DNA from: Mobula hypostoma | Taxonomy: Eukaryota | Assembly: GCF_963921235.1 (NCBI RefSeq) | Contig: NC_086097.1 | Span: 40,116,001 to 40,180,000 of the forward strand | Direction: 5' to 3' | Length of the DNA stretch: 64,000 bases | Shown here: positions 1-13,361 of the stretch, piece after piece | How the letters are laid out: each line of letters starts with the position of its first letter | Position numbering within the stretch: position 1 is the stretch's first letter | Notes under the pieces: generated by a model | Database searches by the model: none | Told to the model about the DNA's origin: nothing | What the model saw: the letters and a program-made list of their open reading frames with translations, nothing else | Translations under genes and position numbers: made by a program

Positions 1-149
1 AAAAATACAGCAGCATGCTTTTCTTTGGGGGAGGGTGGAGAGAAGTTTTAGTTAGAAAAGAATGTGACATGCGTTTCTTTGGAAGTCGAGAGAGACAGTC
101 GAGTTAAAAAAAAGGCAGGAAGTAGACAAAATTCACAGGTTCATAAACA

Positions 150-672
150 TTGATAATAATAAGAGAAAAGCAGAAATGGCTGCTACATTGGAAAGATTGA
201 TTTGTTCGATTGCACAGCAGATAACTGGTTGATGTATACTGAATGAATTGAGTAGCATTTTGTGGCAAATGAAATAGCCAACAAAAAACGAGTGCCAGCG
301 TTACTTAGTGCAATATGCGGAAAAGCATGCAGTTTGCTTAGAAGTTTAAATGCTCCAACCAAATCAGCTGAAATTAGCTTTGCTGATATCGTGACATAAT
401 GGAGGAACATTTAGAACTGAAATCATTGTTGATTGCAAATCACTTCAGGTTTCATAAATGGAATCAAAAGAAAGGGGAGTCTATTTTGGCTTATATGGCT
501 GGATTGAAGAAATTGTCTGTGTATTGTCAGTTCAGTAAAGGGTTTAATGATGCACTGAGAGATCACTTATTTTGTGCAGCCTTACAAGAAAGCATTCAAG
601 AATTGCTCCTGACTGAAGCACAACTCACATTTAAAGGAGTAGTTGAAATCACTGTATCAATGGAAACCAGTG
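150..672 (+). mobile_element. Ty3/Gypsy (K02A2.6-like) gag fragment, degenerate
   Basis: Broken frames read YIGKIDLFDCTADNWLMYTE and ORF 399-758 FRFHKWNQKKGESILAYMAGLKKLS...LRD, a typical gag capsid signature; contains stops. Confidence 0.7.
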
Positions 673-759
673 AGGATGACAAGGAACATTTCCAAAGCCC
701 CCAGTTTCTTTCTCCTGTAGTCAATAACCAGTTCTTAGGTTTTTCTAGCATTGGATGAG

Positions 760-965
760 ATGTTACTGTGACACCACTTAACCAGCTTTTCAATCTCCAT
801 CTTATATCTTGATTTCTCACCACCTTTGATTCAGCCAACAACAGTAGTGCCATCTGCAAACTAAAATACAGCATTGGAGCTGTATTTAGCCACACAATCA
901 TAGCTATATAATGTGTAAAGCAGGGCACTAAGCTCACAATCCTGAACATACAATTCAATGATTTC
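760..965 (-). mobile_element. Rex1/Babar-like LINE RT fragment
   Basis: Minus strand reads LLYTLYSYDCVAKYSSNAVF*FADGTTVVG, a decayed FADD region. Confidence 0.65.
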
Positions 966-1299
966 ACCTCCACTTTTCTCTGTGGTAGTGAATTCTAAAG
1001 ATTTGTGATTCTCTGAGACAAGAGATACTTCCTTATTTTTGGGTAAAATGGCTGCTTCCTTACTCTTAAACAATTGCTTTTGTTCCTGGTATTGAGATGA
1101 AAATTGTACAAAGTACATAAGGTTAAATCTCTGCAGTGGCATGGAAGCATTAACACTTTCCAATTGCAATCTGGAATAATTTTCCCTCTTTATTCAGGGA
1201 TGCCAAGGACAATTAGCAAACATGAGGGAAGTCATATTTTGCAGATGTATGAAATGTGGAGATGATAAATGTTTCAAGAAATTGATTTTCAAAAAGTGA

Positions 1300-1773
1300 G
1301 GCTCCACTACCACTGAGAGCGCCCTGACAAGCTGCATCTCCATCTGGTATGGGAGCAACAGAGCATCAGACCAGAAACCCCCACAAAAGACTATAAGAAT
1401 GGCTGAAAGGATTATAGTGGTCTCCCCACCATTCATCATGGACACTTATCAGGAGTACTGCAGATGCTGGGCCCTTAGTATTATTAAGGATCCCACTCAT
1501 CCTTCTAGCATCCTCTCTGACATTCTTCCCTCATCCCTTTAGATTTCTGAACTCCCTGCTGCACCACATCCGAAGTGTCACCAGATAACTTGTACTTTAC
1601 CCAACTGTACTTTACCCAACAATGGTTAATTTACGCTCTCTACTTTGTTTATCTATGCACAAGTCATTTGTAGATTTAATTCTTACTTTCCTAAGCTATT
1701 GTGTGTTATGTGTACTACTGTGCTTTACATCTTGGTCCAGAGAAATGTTGTCTCATTTGATGGTATACATGTA
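1300..1773 (+). mobile_element. Rex1-like LINE 3' fragment; its tail resumes at 10618-10658 after the Tc1 insertion
   Basis: ESALTSCISIWYG...IIKDPTHP-like C-terminus; AATGACAATAAA plus (CTTGA)n tail at 10628-10658. Confidence 0.65.
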
Positions 1774-2139
1774 CAGTGGTGCTAGAAAGCTTGTGAACCC
1801 TGTAGAATTTTCTCTAATTCTGCACAAATATGACCTAAGGTGTTATCAGGTCTTCACGTAAGTCCTAAAACTAGATCAAAAGAACACAATTAAATAAATA
1901 ACACAAAAAACATTACACTTGTTCACTTATTGAGAAAAATGATCCTACATTACATGTATTTGTTGGAAAATATGTGAACTTCTGGGATAATGCCTTCTAC
2001 AAAAGCTGTTTAGAGTCACGTGTTCCAGATGAGATTGGAGGTGCGGGTAGTAGAGGTGTCCCGGCCTATAAAAAAGGCACACGATGTTAGCTTACTGACA
2101 GAGCTTGCTCTTCTCAAGAAAGATCTGATTACTTGCACC

Positions 2140-2820
2140 AAGCCTCAATCAAGACAATTTTCAGGGGACCTTAGAAGAAGAATTGTGGAGATACATGTAG
2201 CTGGAAAAGGTTACAAAAGCATTTCCAAAGATCGTCAGTCCACAGTAAGAGAAATTGTCTACAAATGGAGAAAACTCAGTACTGTTGTTATTCTCCCTAG
2301 GATGTGGAATTCTGGAAAGATTGCACCAAGAGCACAACGTGCAGTGCTGAAGGAAATGAAAAAGAACCCAAGGGTAACAGCAAAAGACCTGCAGAAATCT
2401 CTAGAACTTGCTGAAGTCTCTGTTCATGTGTCCACTGTAAGAAAAACACTGAACAAGAATGGTGTTCATGGAATGACACCACGGAGAAAACCACTGGTCT
2501 CCAAAAAAACACATTGCTACACGTCTCAAATTTGCAAAAGACCACCTGAATGTTCTACAACACTTCTGAGATGATGTTCTATGGACAGATGAAACAAAAG
2601 TTGAACTTCTTGGCAGAAATCCACATCCCAACTGTGAAGCATGATGGAAGGAGCATCATGGTTTTGGCTGCTTTGCTGCCTCAGGGCCTGGACAGTTTGC
2701 AATTGTTGAGGGAACAATGAAGTCAAAATTGTATTAAGACATTTTACAGGAGAATGTCAGGGTAGCAGTCCCTCACCTAAAGTTTAATAGAAGTTGGATG
2801 ATGCAACAAAGACAATGATC
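2140..2820 (+). pseudogene. Tc1 transposase N-terminal part (HTH, first catalytic D), frameshifted and truncated
   Basis: DLRRRIVEIHVAGKGYKSISK...NPRVTAKDLQ...RRKPL, then WTDETKVEL and a QQ..DND remnant. Confidence 0.85.
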
Positions 2821-2829
2821 TGACATGAA

Positions 2830-3428
2830 TGCAATGCGCTGTAAGGTTTCTCTGCTAATGTGATGGCCTCTCTGTAATGTTTCACTGCTAATGTAATGGT
2901 TTCACTGTTCCAGCAATGTTTGGGTTATGACTAGAGATAACAGGGGTTTTGAAATGTGCGCCATCCAATGAGAGGCATGTCGTTCTTTCTCTTGGGTTTG
3001 AGAGAAGGGATTTCATGGTCTTCTGCTGGTGAGAGATGGAGAGAAGACGCGAATGGAGAGAGTTGGTAGACTGGTAGATGGAGTGGACTTGAAGCGAGCA
3101 TCCAATGGTCAGCGAATCTTGGAGGAGGTCGATGGGGAATGAATGGACTGAACCGTGAGTGCCAACGTGCACATTAGACTGTTTCATTAAAATGGGCAAA
3201 TGGGCCCTTTTTATTTGTATTTTCTTTACTAACCCTATAGTCAGATAAAGATTTATGAAGTCCAATTGTTTAATTGCATATTGTGTACTGTCTGATATGT
3301 TGTGGTACGGACTTGTAACTGGGCAACAGATTCTGCAGCATCCACACAAACGAGATTTCTCAGTTTGGCTGGGCCAGAGGCTGTCTTCCCCTAGACAAAC
3401 GCATGCTGGCCAAACCTGAGGGTTACCA
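2830..3428 (+). repeat. 5' LTR, followed by a degenerate tRNA-Pro-type PBS (~3430-3450)
   Basis: Starts TGCAATGCGCTGTAAGG and aligns to 9842-10432; followed by TGTGGGGTATCGCTCCGGGAC, resembling TGGGGGCTCGTCCGGGAT. Confidence 0.8.
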
Positions 3429-3522
3429 TTGTGGGGTATCGCTCCGGGACTGATTCCGTTTGATGCTGTGTGATTGCCCTGAGTATTGAACCAGTAGGTT
3501 GTGTGTTTAAGACTGCGCTGGT

Positions 3523-4860
3523 ATGGATGCTGCTGGGGTGGAGCAGTGGTGTGCTTCCGTGGGGTTACCGGTAACTAATGTGTGCGTGTCGAGTGAAGTG
3601 GATATTCATACCCCGGATGAATTAATTCAATTTTTGAGTACTGTTAAAGCTGTTGGCAAAGTTGCGGTTTTTAGGGCAGAGATTTGATAAAATGGCGGGC
3701 TCAGACCTTGTTTTAGTTCAAACTAGAGCTGATGTAATGGGAGTGGAACTGCCCGCTTCTATCGGTGCCCAGGTGAGGCTGGCCATGGCCTGTCCATACT
3801 GTCAGGGAGGAGGAGAATGTACCGAGTCATAAGTCGAGCTTTCGGTAGCTGGGGGCGGAGACTTCAAAGACAGGGATCTATCATTTCTGAGGAGTGAGGG
3901 AAAGGAGTGGTCAGATTTGGAAAGTCTAATTAGTCCCTGTCCTCCAGTGCACAGTGTGAGTTCTGAGTTGGCATCAGCCCCACCGGAAGCTAAGAGTATT
4001 CTCTGGAATAATGCCGACCCCCAAGGGAGAGGAGGAGTATGAGACTTGGGCGGAGATGACCTCTCAGTTGTTAGATGAGTGGCCGTGCTCTGATGATTTA
4101 AAGAGACAGAGGTTGGTTGAAAGTTTGAGGGGGTTGGCCGCTGACATGGTGAGAGCAGTGAAAACATGGAAACCCCTAGCCAACATTGCCGATTATCTGG
4201 GTGGTTTGGAGAGCGCCTTTGGCATGACAGGGAGCCCACCGGAGCACATGATGAGGTCTCAAAACCTGCCGTAGGAGAAGGGAGAGAAGCTTTCTGCTTA
4301 CATTTTCCAGCTAGAGAAGCAGCAAAATTGCTTGTGGCGCAGAGGGGTCATTCAGATGGCTGAGGTGGATCAGTTAATGGACCAGATAGCCAGGGGTGCC
4401 CAGTCCCAGGACCTGATTGTTTGAGGTCTTCGACAGTCTTGTAAGATGTGCCCCTTCCCTGTTTTGTTGAGCTGATCAGAGAGGTATGGGAGGAGGAGAA
4501 CAGCAGGGTACAGTCCTTGGTAGTAGCCCTTTGTGGTGAAGTGACCATGGCTAGCCCAACCCAGGGGATGGTAAAGGAGATTGTGGCAGAATTGAGAACA
4601 TAGATGTCCTGGGTGTTGACAGTGGGTGTGGACCCCTGTATGATAGGACTGGTAGAGAGGCAGACCTCCTAAGGGGACTAACTATGCAGATAGCTGGGGT
4701 TCCACGAGAAGGGAGGCAGCTGAGTATTGTCTGTTATAACTCTGGTGAAGAAGGGCACATCAGGTGGGAATGTAAGCGGCGGGAAGCCCCTCAGAGAGGG
4801 AGCCTCTGCGTGCCTAAGCAGAGAGAGGTGTCAGGAAAACTTAGAGGAGACCCAGTGAGG
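3523..4860 (+). pseudogene. Gypsy gag (PNMA-like capsid, zinc-knuckle remnant)
   Basis: PTPKGEEEYETWAEMTSQLLDEW...KRQRLVESLRG; CYNSGEEGHIRWEC; multiple stops and frameshifts. Confidence 0.8.
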
Positions 4861-4870
4861 GAACAGCCTG

Positions 4871-7800
4871 GTGTTTCTGGGGGAACATGTTCTCAGCAAT
4901 ATACCAAGGAACACCCTGAAAGCGAAAGACCCTATTCCTGAAGGCTTAGTGGGACCATGCTCCAGTGTGTTGCTACGGATAGACAGTATTTATGCTAAAG
5001 CCATACTCGACACCGGGTCGCAGGTCACGTTATTGTACCATTCGTTTTACATCTGGTATCTGAAGCATTTACCATTGATACTATTTAGGGCAACGGAGAT
5101 CTGGGGCCTCAGTGCTGGTGAATATCCAGATGACAGTTATTTGTCAGTGAAGTTGGAGTTTTCGGAGGCCGATGTGGGAGTGTCTGAGGTCCTTGATGCT
5201 GGCTTGTCTGGACCCTGTTGAGGAAGGTAGCGTTTCAATTCTGGTGGGGACCAACACCCCTCTTATGAGGAGGCTCATGGGGACCTGCAAGGAGAAGGCC
5301 GGCGAAAGGTTTCTGGGAACATTGTCCGTGCACCCGGGGTTTCGAGCTGCTTTTGAGGAAGTGCATGGCAGCATTGGGCCGGATACTGAATTTAAACGAG
5401 GGACTGTGTGGTTCACCCAGTCAAAGCCAATAGTGTTATGGCTTGGGGAAGTAGCAAGAGCGACGGGAATCTCAAATTTCCCGGAATGCCTGAGGGCGAG
5501 GCCCTCTTAGTGGATGCTCCCAAAGACCACGAGGGGGAGTCGGAATTTTCTGCTGGGGTACTGGTGAGGCCTGAATTGCAAAAGCCCTCGGTTGTACAGG
5601 CGAGCAGGATGGCAGTGATTGTCAGGAACACTATGAAGAGGAAAGTCACCTTCAAGCCGGGGATGCCCCTGGCACATCTGTTCCCAGTGACAGTAATGTC
5701 TAGTGTCCCTGTGAGACAAGCCAGGGAGAAAGTATTGGAAAAAGGGGGCAAGTTAACCGCTGAGTCATTCAGCTTTGGGGACTTTCCGGTTCCTGCGGGT
5801 TGGAAGAGGAGGTTGGTGGAGAAGATGTTGAAGCTGGAAGGTATCTTTTCCACTAAACGAGTTTGATGTGGGTTGTTCCAAGAGCACTCGTCACACTATC
5901 TGGGTGACCGAGGACACCCCGCTCAGAGAGAGGTCGCGGCGACTGGCCCCTGCAGAGGTGGAAGACGTTCGGCAGCATTTGTGTAAGTTGAAGGAAGCTG
6001 GGATCATCACCGAGTCCTGAAGCCCCTATGCTTCTCCAATAGTAGTGGCCTGAAAGAAGATTGGGAAGGTCTGGATGTGTGTGGACTATAGGACTCTGAA
6101 CAGGCACACTGCCCTGACAGTATATGGTCCCGAGGATCAAAGATGCGCTGGCCTGTCTGAGTGGTGTGAAGTGGTTCAGTGTGCTGGACTTGAGGAGTAG
6201 ATGTTACCAGATCCACATGAGTGAGGCTGACAAAGAAAAGACGGCATTTATATGTCCCCTGGGATTCTAAGCTCACCTGTGTCCCAAGATACTGACGAAC
6301 TTTTACCGCTGTACCATTGAGAGCATACTCACCAACTGCATCTCAGTGTGGTATGGCAATTGTCCCGTATCGGACCGCAAAGCACTCCAGCGTGTGGTGA
6401 AAACTGCCCAGCGGATTATCGGCACCCAATTGCCCACCATTGAGAACATTTACCATAAACACTGCCTGGGCAGGGCGATAAACATTATCAAGGATGCATC
6501 TCACCCTAACCAAGGACCTTTCACTTTCCTCCCATCTGGTAGGCACTACAGGAGCCTCCGCTCCCGCACCAGCAGGCACAGGAAGAGCTTCTTCCCTGAG
6601 GCTGTGACCCTGCTGAACCTCACATCACAGCACTAAGCAGTGTTGCACCCATATTGTACTGTCTCAGTACTTTTATATTTGTGTGCTGTAGCACTTACTT
6701 TTTATTCTCAGTTATTTTGTAAATAACACTATTCTTTGCATTTCTGGTTAGATGCTAACTGCACTTCATTGGCTTTGCATCTGTACTTAGCACAATGACA
6801 ATAAAGTTGAATCTAATCTAATCTAATCTAATCTAATTCTTCCAGTTCGAAAGGATGCCCCAGGGCATATCGTGAGCCCCTGCAACCTTCCAGCGGGTGG
6901 TGGAGAAGACGGTGGGGGATATGAACTTGCTTGAGGTCTTGGTGTATCTGGATGACTTCATAGTGTTTGGATCCACCTTGGAAGAACATGAAGTGAGGCT
7001 ACTGAAGGTGCTGGGCTGCCTGAAAGCTGAAGGGTTAAAACTTTCCCTGGACAAGTGCCAGTTCTACCAAACATCTCTTAGCTATGTTGGGCACATAGTC
7101 TCATAGATGGAGTAGCTAATATCCGGCTAAGATAGAGGTAGTGACCACTTGGCCAAGAGCCCAGACAGTGAGCGCTTTGCGCTCGTTCCTTGGGTTCTGT
7201 GTTACTATTAGAGGTTTGTGAAAGGCTACACGAAAGTAAGTCACCTGTTGAATCAGCCTCTGTGCGGTTACCCTCCCATGGGGAAGAAAGGGAGGGAGAA
7301 AAAAGGACAGGAGGGTGGAGAGTATCTTAGCCCTTTGGAGCCTTTTGGATCGAGGTGGGATACAAAATATAAGGAGGTCTTTCAGCCTCTGTAGGAGCTG
7401 CTGACCCAGGCGCCGGTACTGGCTTTTGCGGACCCCCGATTACCGTATGTACTGCACATGGATGCCAGCTGAGAGGGATTGGGGGGAGTCCTCTACCAGG
7501 AACAGGGCACTGTGCTGAGACCCATTGCATTAGTCAGCTAGAGTCTGTCGCCTTCCGGGAAAAACTATCTCACGTACAAGACTGGCGTTGAAATGAGTTG
7601 TGGTGGATAAGCTGAGTGACTACCTCTATGGGGCCAAGTCTAAGGTGAGGACAGACAACAACACCCAAACTTATATCCTGACCTCGGCGAGACTGGACGC
7701 CACAGGCCATCGGTGGTTGGCGGTGTTGTCTGGCTATGATTACAGCCTGAAGTACCAACCAGGAAGCAGGAACATTGATGCTGATGCTTTGTCCCGATGG

Positions 7801-8984
7801 GCGCATGAGGGACTGGACAGGGACGAGGAGTGGGAGAGCGTTCCTGCCCTGGGGGTGAAGGCCATGTGTAGCTTGCCATCACCATAAAGGCAGAGGAAAA
7901 GGTGGGGCAGGAGCGAGTGGTGGATCAATTGGGAGCTTCTGATGACACCATTCCCCAAGTTTACTGTAACCTGACTGCTCTGAAGACAAATCAGCTGCCA
8001 GAATGGAGTTCTGGGGAAGTGGCAGTTGCTCAGCAAGATGAGCCGGGCATCAGTACCAATTGGTCAGCGGTCGAAAAAGGCTCAGGCAGAGAAGACAAAA
8101 TACGTGGTGGTGCCTCCATTACAGTTGGAGTTGAGGAACCGGATCCCGTACTGGGTCACGTCACCCGTGGACCGACCTTGGCATTGCCATCTGGTTCTGC
8201 CGGAGAAGTATCGGAGGATTGCGTTGAAGTCACTTCATGATGATTCTGGATATTTGGGGGTTGAAAAGACCTGTGGATTACTCAGAGACTGGTTTAACTG
8301 GCTCGAATAAAGTTGGATCTTGAAGAATACTGCAAGTCGTGCATTCAATACATACAGCGGAACACGCTACCTACGCGAACAGCTCCCTTGTCCCACTAGT
8401 AGAGTGTGGGGCCCCTAGAACTGGTGTGTATGGATTTCCTGTCAGTAGAACCCGATGCCAGCAACACGGTGAATGTTTTAGTCATCATGGACAACTACAC
8501 CAGATATACACAGGCTTTTCCTACCAAGGACCAGAGCGTGTCCACGGTGGCCAAAGTATTATGGGAGAAGTATTTCATTTATTATAGCCTTCCCAGGGGG
8601 ATACATAGTGATCAGGGACAGGATCTTGAGAACAGAATCATCCATGAGTTATTGGGCATGCTTGGAGTCGAGAAGTTGAGGACCACGCCCTATCACCCAC
8701 AGAGTGATCCCCAGCCAGAGAGGTTTAATCAGACCTCGCTAGACATGCTCAGGATCTTGGAGATCAGTAAGAAGAGCAGGGGGAGTCAACATATTGGACA
8801 TCTGGTCCACAGTTATAATTGTACCCGAAATGAAGCTACCGGGTACTCGCCATACTATCTGATGTTTGGGCGCGAGGCAAGGTTGCCAATTGACCTTTGT
8901 TTTGGGACTGACGAGGGCCACTTACCACCGAAGACTTACCTGAAGTATGTGTCTGATATACAAAGAGAGCTGAAAAGGGCTTGA
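4871..8984 (+). pseudogene. Gypsy pol (protease, RT, RNase H, integrase), fragmented
   Basis: AILDTGSQVT; SPYASPIV/CVDYRTLN; LVYLDDFIVF; VRTDNN; GPLELVCMDFL...IHSDQG...PYHPQSD..PERFN. Confidence 0.9.
6269..6835 (+). mobile_element. 5'-truncated Rex1-like LINE inserted in the Gypsy RT
   Basis: TSD ATTCT (6264-6268 and 6836-6840); (ATCTA)n tail; removal restores CPLGFFQFERMPQG. Confidence 0.88.
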
Positions 8985-9568
8985 TGAGACAGACGTGAGA
9001 AGCACGGAGGAACATCTGGAGAAACTTCTGAAACACTCGCTTCGCTGCTGCTGCTACTGTGCGATCGAGAATCGCCGGAGGGGAAGGCCCCAAATCCTCA
9101 GCTTTGCCTAATGTCTGTTGCCAGGGTCGGGGTCGAAGCGCTCGGCAGAGATGGTGCTCGGTGCTCAGTGTCGGAGGGCTGGTCGGTGGCTGGAAGTTTT
9201 TGGACGGACTCAAGAGTCAGCTGCGGTCGGGGTGCTTCCAGGGTGCTGCATCGGCAAGCTTGCGGCGCTGGAAGCTCATGGCAGGGAGAGTTTTTTTTTC
9301 TTCCTTCTACCGTCTGCATGAGATAATGGGACTTTCGAGAGACTTTGAGACTTTTTTTTACCGTGCCCATGGTCTGTTCTTTATCAAATTATGGTATTGC
9401 TTTGCACTGTTGTAACTATGTGTTATAATTACGTGATTTTTGTCAGTTTTTCAGTCAGTTTGTCTTGTGTTTCTGTGATATCATTTTAGAGGAACATTGT
9501 ATCATTTCTTAATGCATGCATTACTAGATGACAATAAAAGAGGACTGCGTGTCCTCATAATCTAATCT
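8985..9568 (+). mobile_element. Non-coding LINE-dependent element (family also at 45186-45790 and 45900-46573), 5'-truncated
   Basis: Clear similarity to 45980-46573; ends ATGACAATAAA...GAGGAC-n5-GTCCTC then ATAATCTAATCT. Confidence 0.75.
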
Positions 9569-9841
9569 GATAGGCCGGGGAAGGCCTCACTAGGTAGACC
9601 AGAAGTATCCCCAGTTGTGTCAGAACCTGAAGAGTTAGGTGAGGGGGAACGGCCATCTCGGAGAATTAAGAGACCATCGGATAGGCTGGTCTATGTAGCA
9701 CTGGGGAAACAATGTGTGGCACCTATCACCTTGGGGAGGTATGTCACTGCCTTTTACAGCTGGTTTGGACTTGGTGCTTTGCAGAAAGGGTGGCAAATTA
9801 TCTCACCGTCATGAGGACATGACTAAATTTGGTGGGGGAAG

Positions 9842-10432
9842 TGTAATATGCTGTAAGGTTTCACTGCTAGTGTAATAGCCTCTCTGTAATGTTTCATGCT
9901 AATGTAATGGTTTCTTTGCAGCAGCAATGTTTGGGTTATGACTAGAGGTAACAGAGACTTTGGAATGTGCAGTGTCCCATGAGAGGAGATGCTTTCTTTC
10001 TTGTGTGCCCGAGCAAAGGTTTCGAGGGCTTTTCTTCGGTGGAAGATGGAGAGAAAAGATGCCAGAATGGGGAAGTTGTAGTCTGCAAGATGGAGTGGAC
10101 TTGGAATGGGGTTGGGAGTCGATGCCCGGTGGGAAGATCGATGGAGAACGAACAGATGGGAAAACCATGAGCTCCAACGTTGTGCATCAGGCTGTCTCAT
10201 GAGAATGGGCTCTTTTTCTTTTTTTGTTTCTTTACTAACCCTGTAGTCAAATTAACAATTATATAGCTTGATTGTTTAATTGCATATTGTGTACTGTTTG
10301 TTATTTCGTGGTACTGATTTAAAACAGGGGAACATATCACTCAGCATCCACCCAAACAAGATTTCTCAAGTTTGGCTGGGCTGGAGGCCATCTTCCCCTA
10401 GATTAAGCTGCTAGCTGAACCTAAGGGTCACA
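9842..10432 (+). repeat. 3' LTR preceded by a PPT (9831-9841)
   Basis: GGTGGGGGAAG|TGTAAT...GGGTCACA; aligns to 2830-3428. Confidence 0.85.
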
Positions 10433-10948
10433 CATGTAATGCTGGATCATTATCTCAATAAGTAAATGATCAAGAGTAATTTTTTTGTGTTATATATTTA
10501 ATTAGGTTCTCTTTATCTAGTTTTAGGACTTACATGATGATCTGATCATATTTTACGTCATATTTATGCAGAAATAGAGGAAATTCTACAGGGTTCACAA
10601 ACTATCTAGCACCACTGTCTATAGTTAAATGACAATAAACTTGACTTGAACTTGACTTAATTCAAACTTTATTCATACAAAGAGGACAATCCACTAATTG
10701 AAGAATAGTTGGAGGTAACCCCCCCACCCTACCCCGAGTAGTTAACTGAAAACTGAGTGATTCAATTTTTCTGCAAAATTCAACCTTTCTCCTTCTTGTG
10801 CCCAGTTTGAGTTTGGTTCTATTTTCTCACAAATCTCACATTAAAAAGTTGATAGAAAATCGGCATAACTTAATTCTCATCCACTGACAATTCATTAAAT
10901 GCAGATTATGGGATAAACTTTAGGTTTCAGTGTGTAAAAAGTTGCTAC

Positions 10949-11029
10949 CTTATTTTGCATGGAATTCTCCTTTCTTTCAGCAACTGGTCTCTGAATCTCG
11001 TCCAGTATGTGTGGGTAGTTGGCTCTTTG
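10949..11029 (-). CDS. Candidate exon of an unidentified host gene (81 nt)
   Basis: tttctcgctgcag|...AAG|gtagca; two frames are open; no homology recognised. Confidence 0.2.
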
Positions 11030-11728
11030 CTGCAGCGAGAAATAATCCCCCAGCTCAAAACAATATCACTGCTTCAATGTGCAAGAGACCAAAAACAATA
11101 CTGCTTAGAAGGGTCATTTGTTCTTCTTCCTTGTGTTTCTGCAAGATAAACTGAACACTCAGAGAAAAGCACGAGGTGCATAGATAAACAGGTGTACGTA
11201 CTGATCTTGCTGGAATGAGAATAATCTTCCTGTCTTAGAAGATGGAGTCTCTCTTGAGAGCTGAAAAGACACATTTTGGCAAGAGGATTATTCAAGTCAG
11301 GCCAAGCATGGTGAAAGCAGATTATCGCAATCATTATTCCTGCCATAGGGAGTACGGTATAGAATTCTATTCTCTAGAAAAGAGACTGAGAAATGACCTG
11401 AGTATTTAACATTATGAAGACATCCACTGCAAACACTTCCATCAAATATTTGCACTGCTGGGGAGGCCACAAATGTGACTATCAGTCAGTTATAAACCGA
11501 ACAAAAACGAAGAGAAACATTGTCCATAGAGGGCTTGGAATGTGAAACGTGCTCCAAAGGAAAGGTTAATCCAGTTAATGTAGATGGATTATGTAAAAGA
11601 AATCTTGACAGGATTCTGAGGGGGAGGGAAATAGGACCTGTTCTCAGTATGACGGGAAGAGAATTCTGTTGTGTTAACCAACATCTCTGGATACATAAAA
11701 TCATACCAGAACATTCTCTGCAAAGCAA

Positions 11729-12342
11729 ATCACAAACAAGAGAAAATCTGCAGATGCTGGAAATCCGAGCAACACACACAAAATGCTGGATAACTCAGCA
11801 GGCCAGGCAGCATCCATGGAAAAGAGTACAGTCGATGTTTCTGGCCAAGACCCTTCAGCAGGACTGGAGAAAAAAAGCTGAGGAATAGATTTAAAAGGTT
11901 GTGGAGGGGAAAAGAAACACAAGGTGATAAGTGAAACCTGAAGGGGGAGGGATGAAGTAAAGAGCTGGGAGTTTGATTGGTGAAAGAGATACAGGGCTGG
12001 AGAAGAGGGAGTCTGATAGAAGAGGACAGAAGGCCACGGAAGAAAGAAAACAGGGGAGGAGCACCAGAGGGAGGTGACGTGTAGGTAAGGAGATAAGGTG
12101 AGAGAGGGAAAAGGGGTTGGGAAATGGTGAAGGAGAGGGTTGGGGGGACATTAACGGAAGTTAGAGAAATCAGTGTTCATGCCACCAGGTTGGAAGCTAC
12201 CCAGACGGAATATGATGTGTTGTTCCTCCAACCTGGGTGTGGCCTCATCATGACAGTGGAGGAAGTCATGGATAGACACATCGGAATGGAAATGGGAAGT
12301 GAAATTAAAATAGGTGGCCACTGGGAGATCCTGCTTTTCTCT
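11729..12342 (-). mobile_element. Penelope-like element 3' fragment (GIY-YIG C-terminus and terminal repeat)
   Basis: KQDLPVATYFN...RLEEQHIIFRLGSFQPGGMN; terminus shared with 40780-40922. Confidence 0.8.
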
Positions 12343-13361
12343 GGAAAGAGTATTCCAGGGAACATTCTCCATAGAACTCTTACTGCCTACATATAAAATA
12401 AGTCGAAACAAATGAAGAGCACAATAGGGGAAATAACAACTTAACAATTTACACTTATAGAACCTTTACATAATAAATGTCCAAATACATTCACGTGACT
12501 CACTATTGGACCTGCAAGAAAATTCAGTGAATAACTTGCAGTCATTTCTACACAATTTTCTTGCTTATTTCAAGAAGGGATTAACTGCCTCTGCCTTTGG
12601 CCTTGAACTGCTCAACCATAATGCTTTCTTATAGATCCAGAGGCATGTAATGGGGTGGAGTGATTGAAGCAATTCACACTGATCTATTTTAAGGAATAAG
12701 AGAAGAACTTGGGGGAGTGCAATGACAGTATTGTTGATGGATTTGTGTGCAGTTCTGGTTGAATTATGTGCAATTTTGGTTGAACGTAGTTGAATTGAAA
12801 AAGACAGAATAAAAGCAAAATGGAGGGCATATAATATAGCAAAAATTAGTGGGAACTTAGACAATTGTGAAGCTTTTAAAAGGCAATTTAAAAAGCCTGA
12901 AGGACAGAAAAGATGAAATATGAAGGTAGGCTAGCCAGTAATATAAAAGAGGATAGCAGAAATCTTTCAGACATAGAGTAAAACAAGGATGAATTTTAAT
13001 ACAGGACAACTGGAAAATAACACTTGAGATGTGGTCATGAGGGACAAAGAAATAATGGACAAATTTAGTAAGTATTTTGTGTCAGCCTTTAATGTGGAAG
13101 ACACTACCAGTATGCAAGAAATTTGTGAGTATCAGGAGGCAGAAGTGAGATTAGTTGCTATTACCAAGGTGAAGGTACTTGGGAATCTGAAGGTCTGAAG
13201 CAGATAAGCCACCTGAACCAGAAGGCAGCAGAAGAGATTGTGGCGGCATTAGTAATGATATTTCAAGAATCACTAGGTTCTGGAATGTTTCCAGAGGCCT
13301 GGAAAGTTGCAAAGGTCACTGCACTTTATAAGGAGGGAGGGAGGTAGAAGAAAGGAAAATA

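Larger units (their letters stand above)
2830..10432 (+). mobile_element. Ty3/Gypsy LTR retrotransposon, degenerate, PNMA-like gag
   Basis: Two related LTRs, PBS, PPT and gag-PR-RT-RH-IN domain order. Confidence 0.92.
1774..10617 (+). mobile_element. Tc1-like DNA transposon with long TIRs, interrupted by a Gypsy element
   Basis: TA|CAGTGGTGCTAGAAAGCTTGTGAACCCTGTAGAATTT at 1774; inverse ...AAATTCTACAGGGTTCACAAACTATCTAGCACCACTG ends at 10617; TIR similarity spans 1774-1957 vs 10433-10617. Confidence 0.9.

Noticed and set aside
3523..4860. Domesticated PNMA-like gene
   Set aside because: Many stops and frameshifts, and it sits inside a complete LTR-gag-pol-LTR structure
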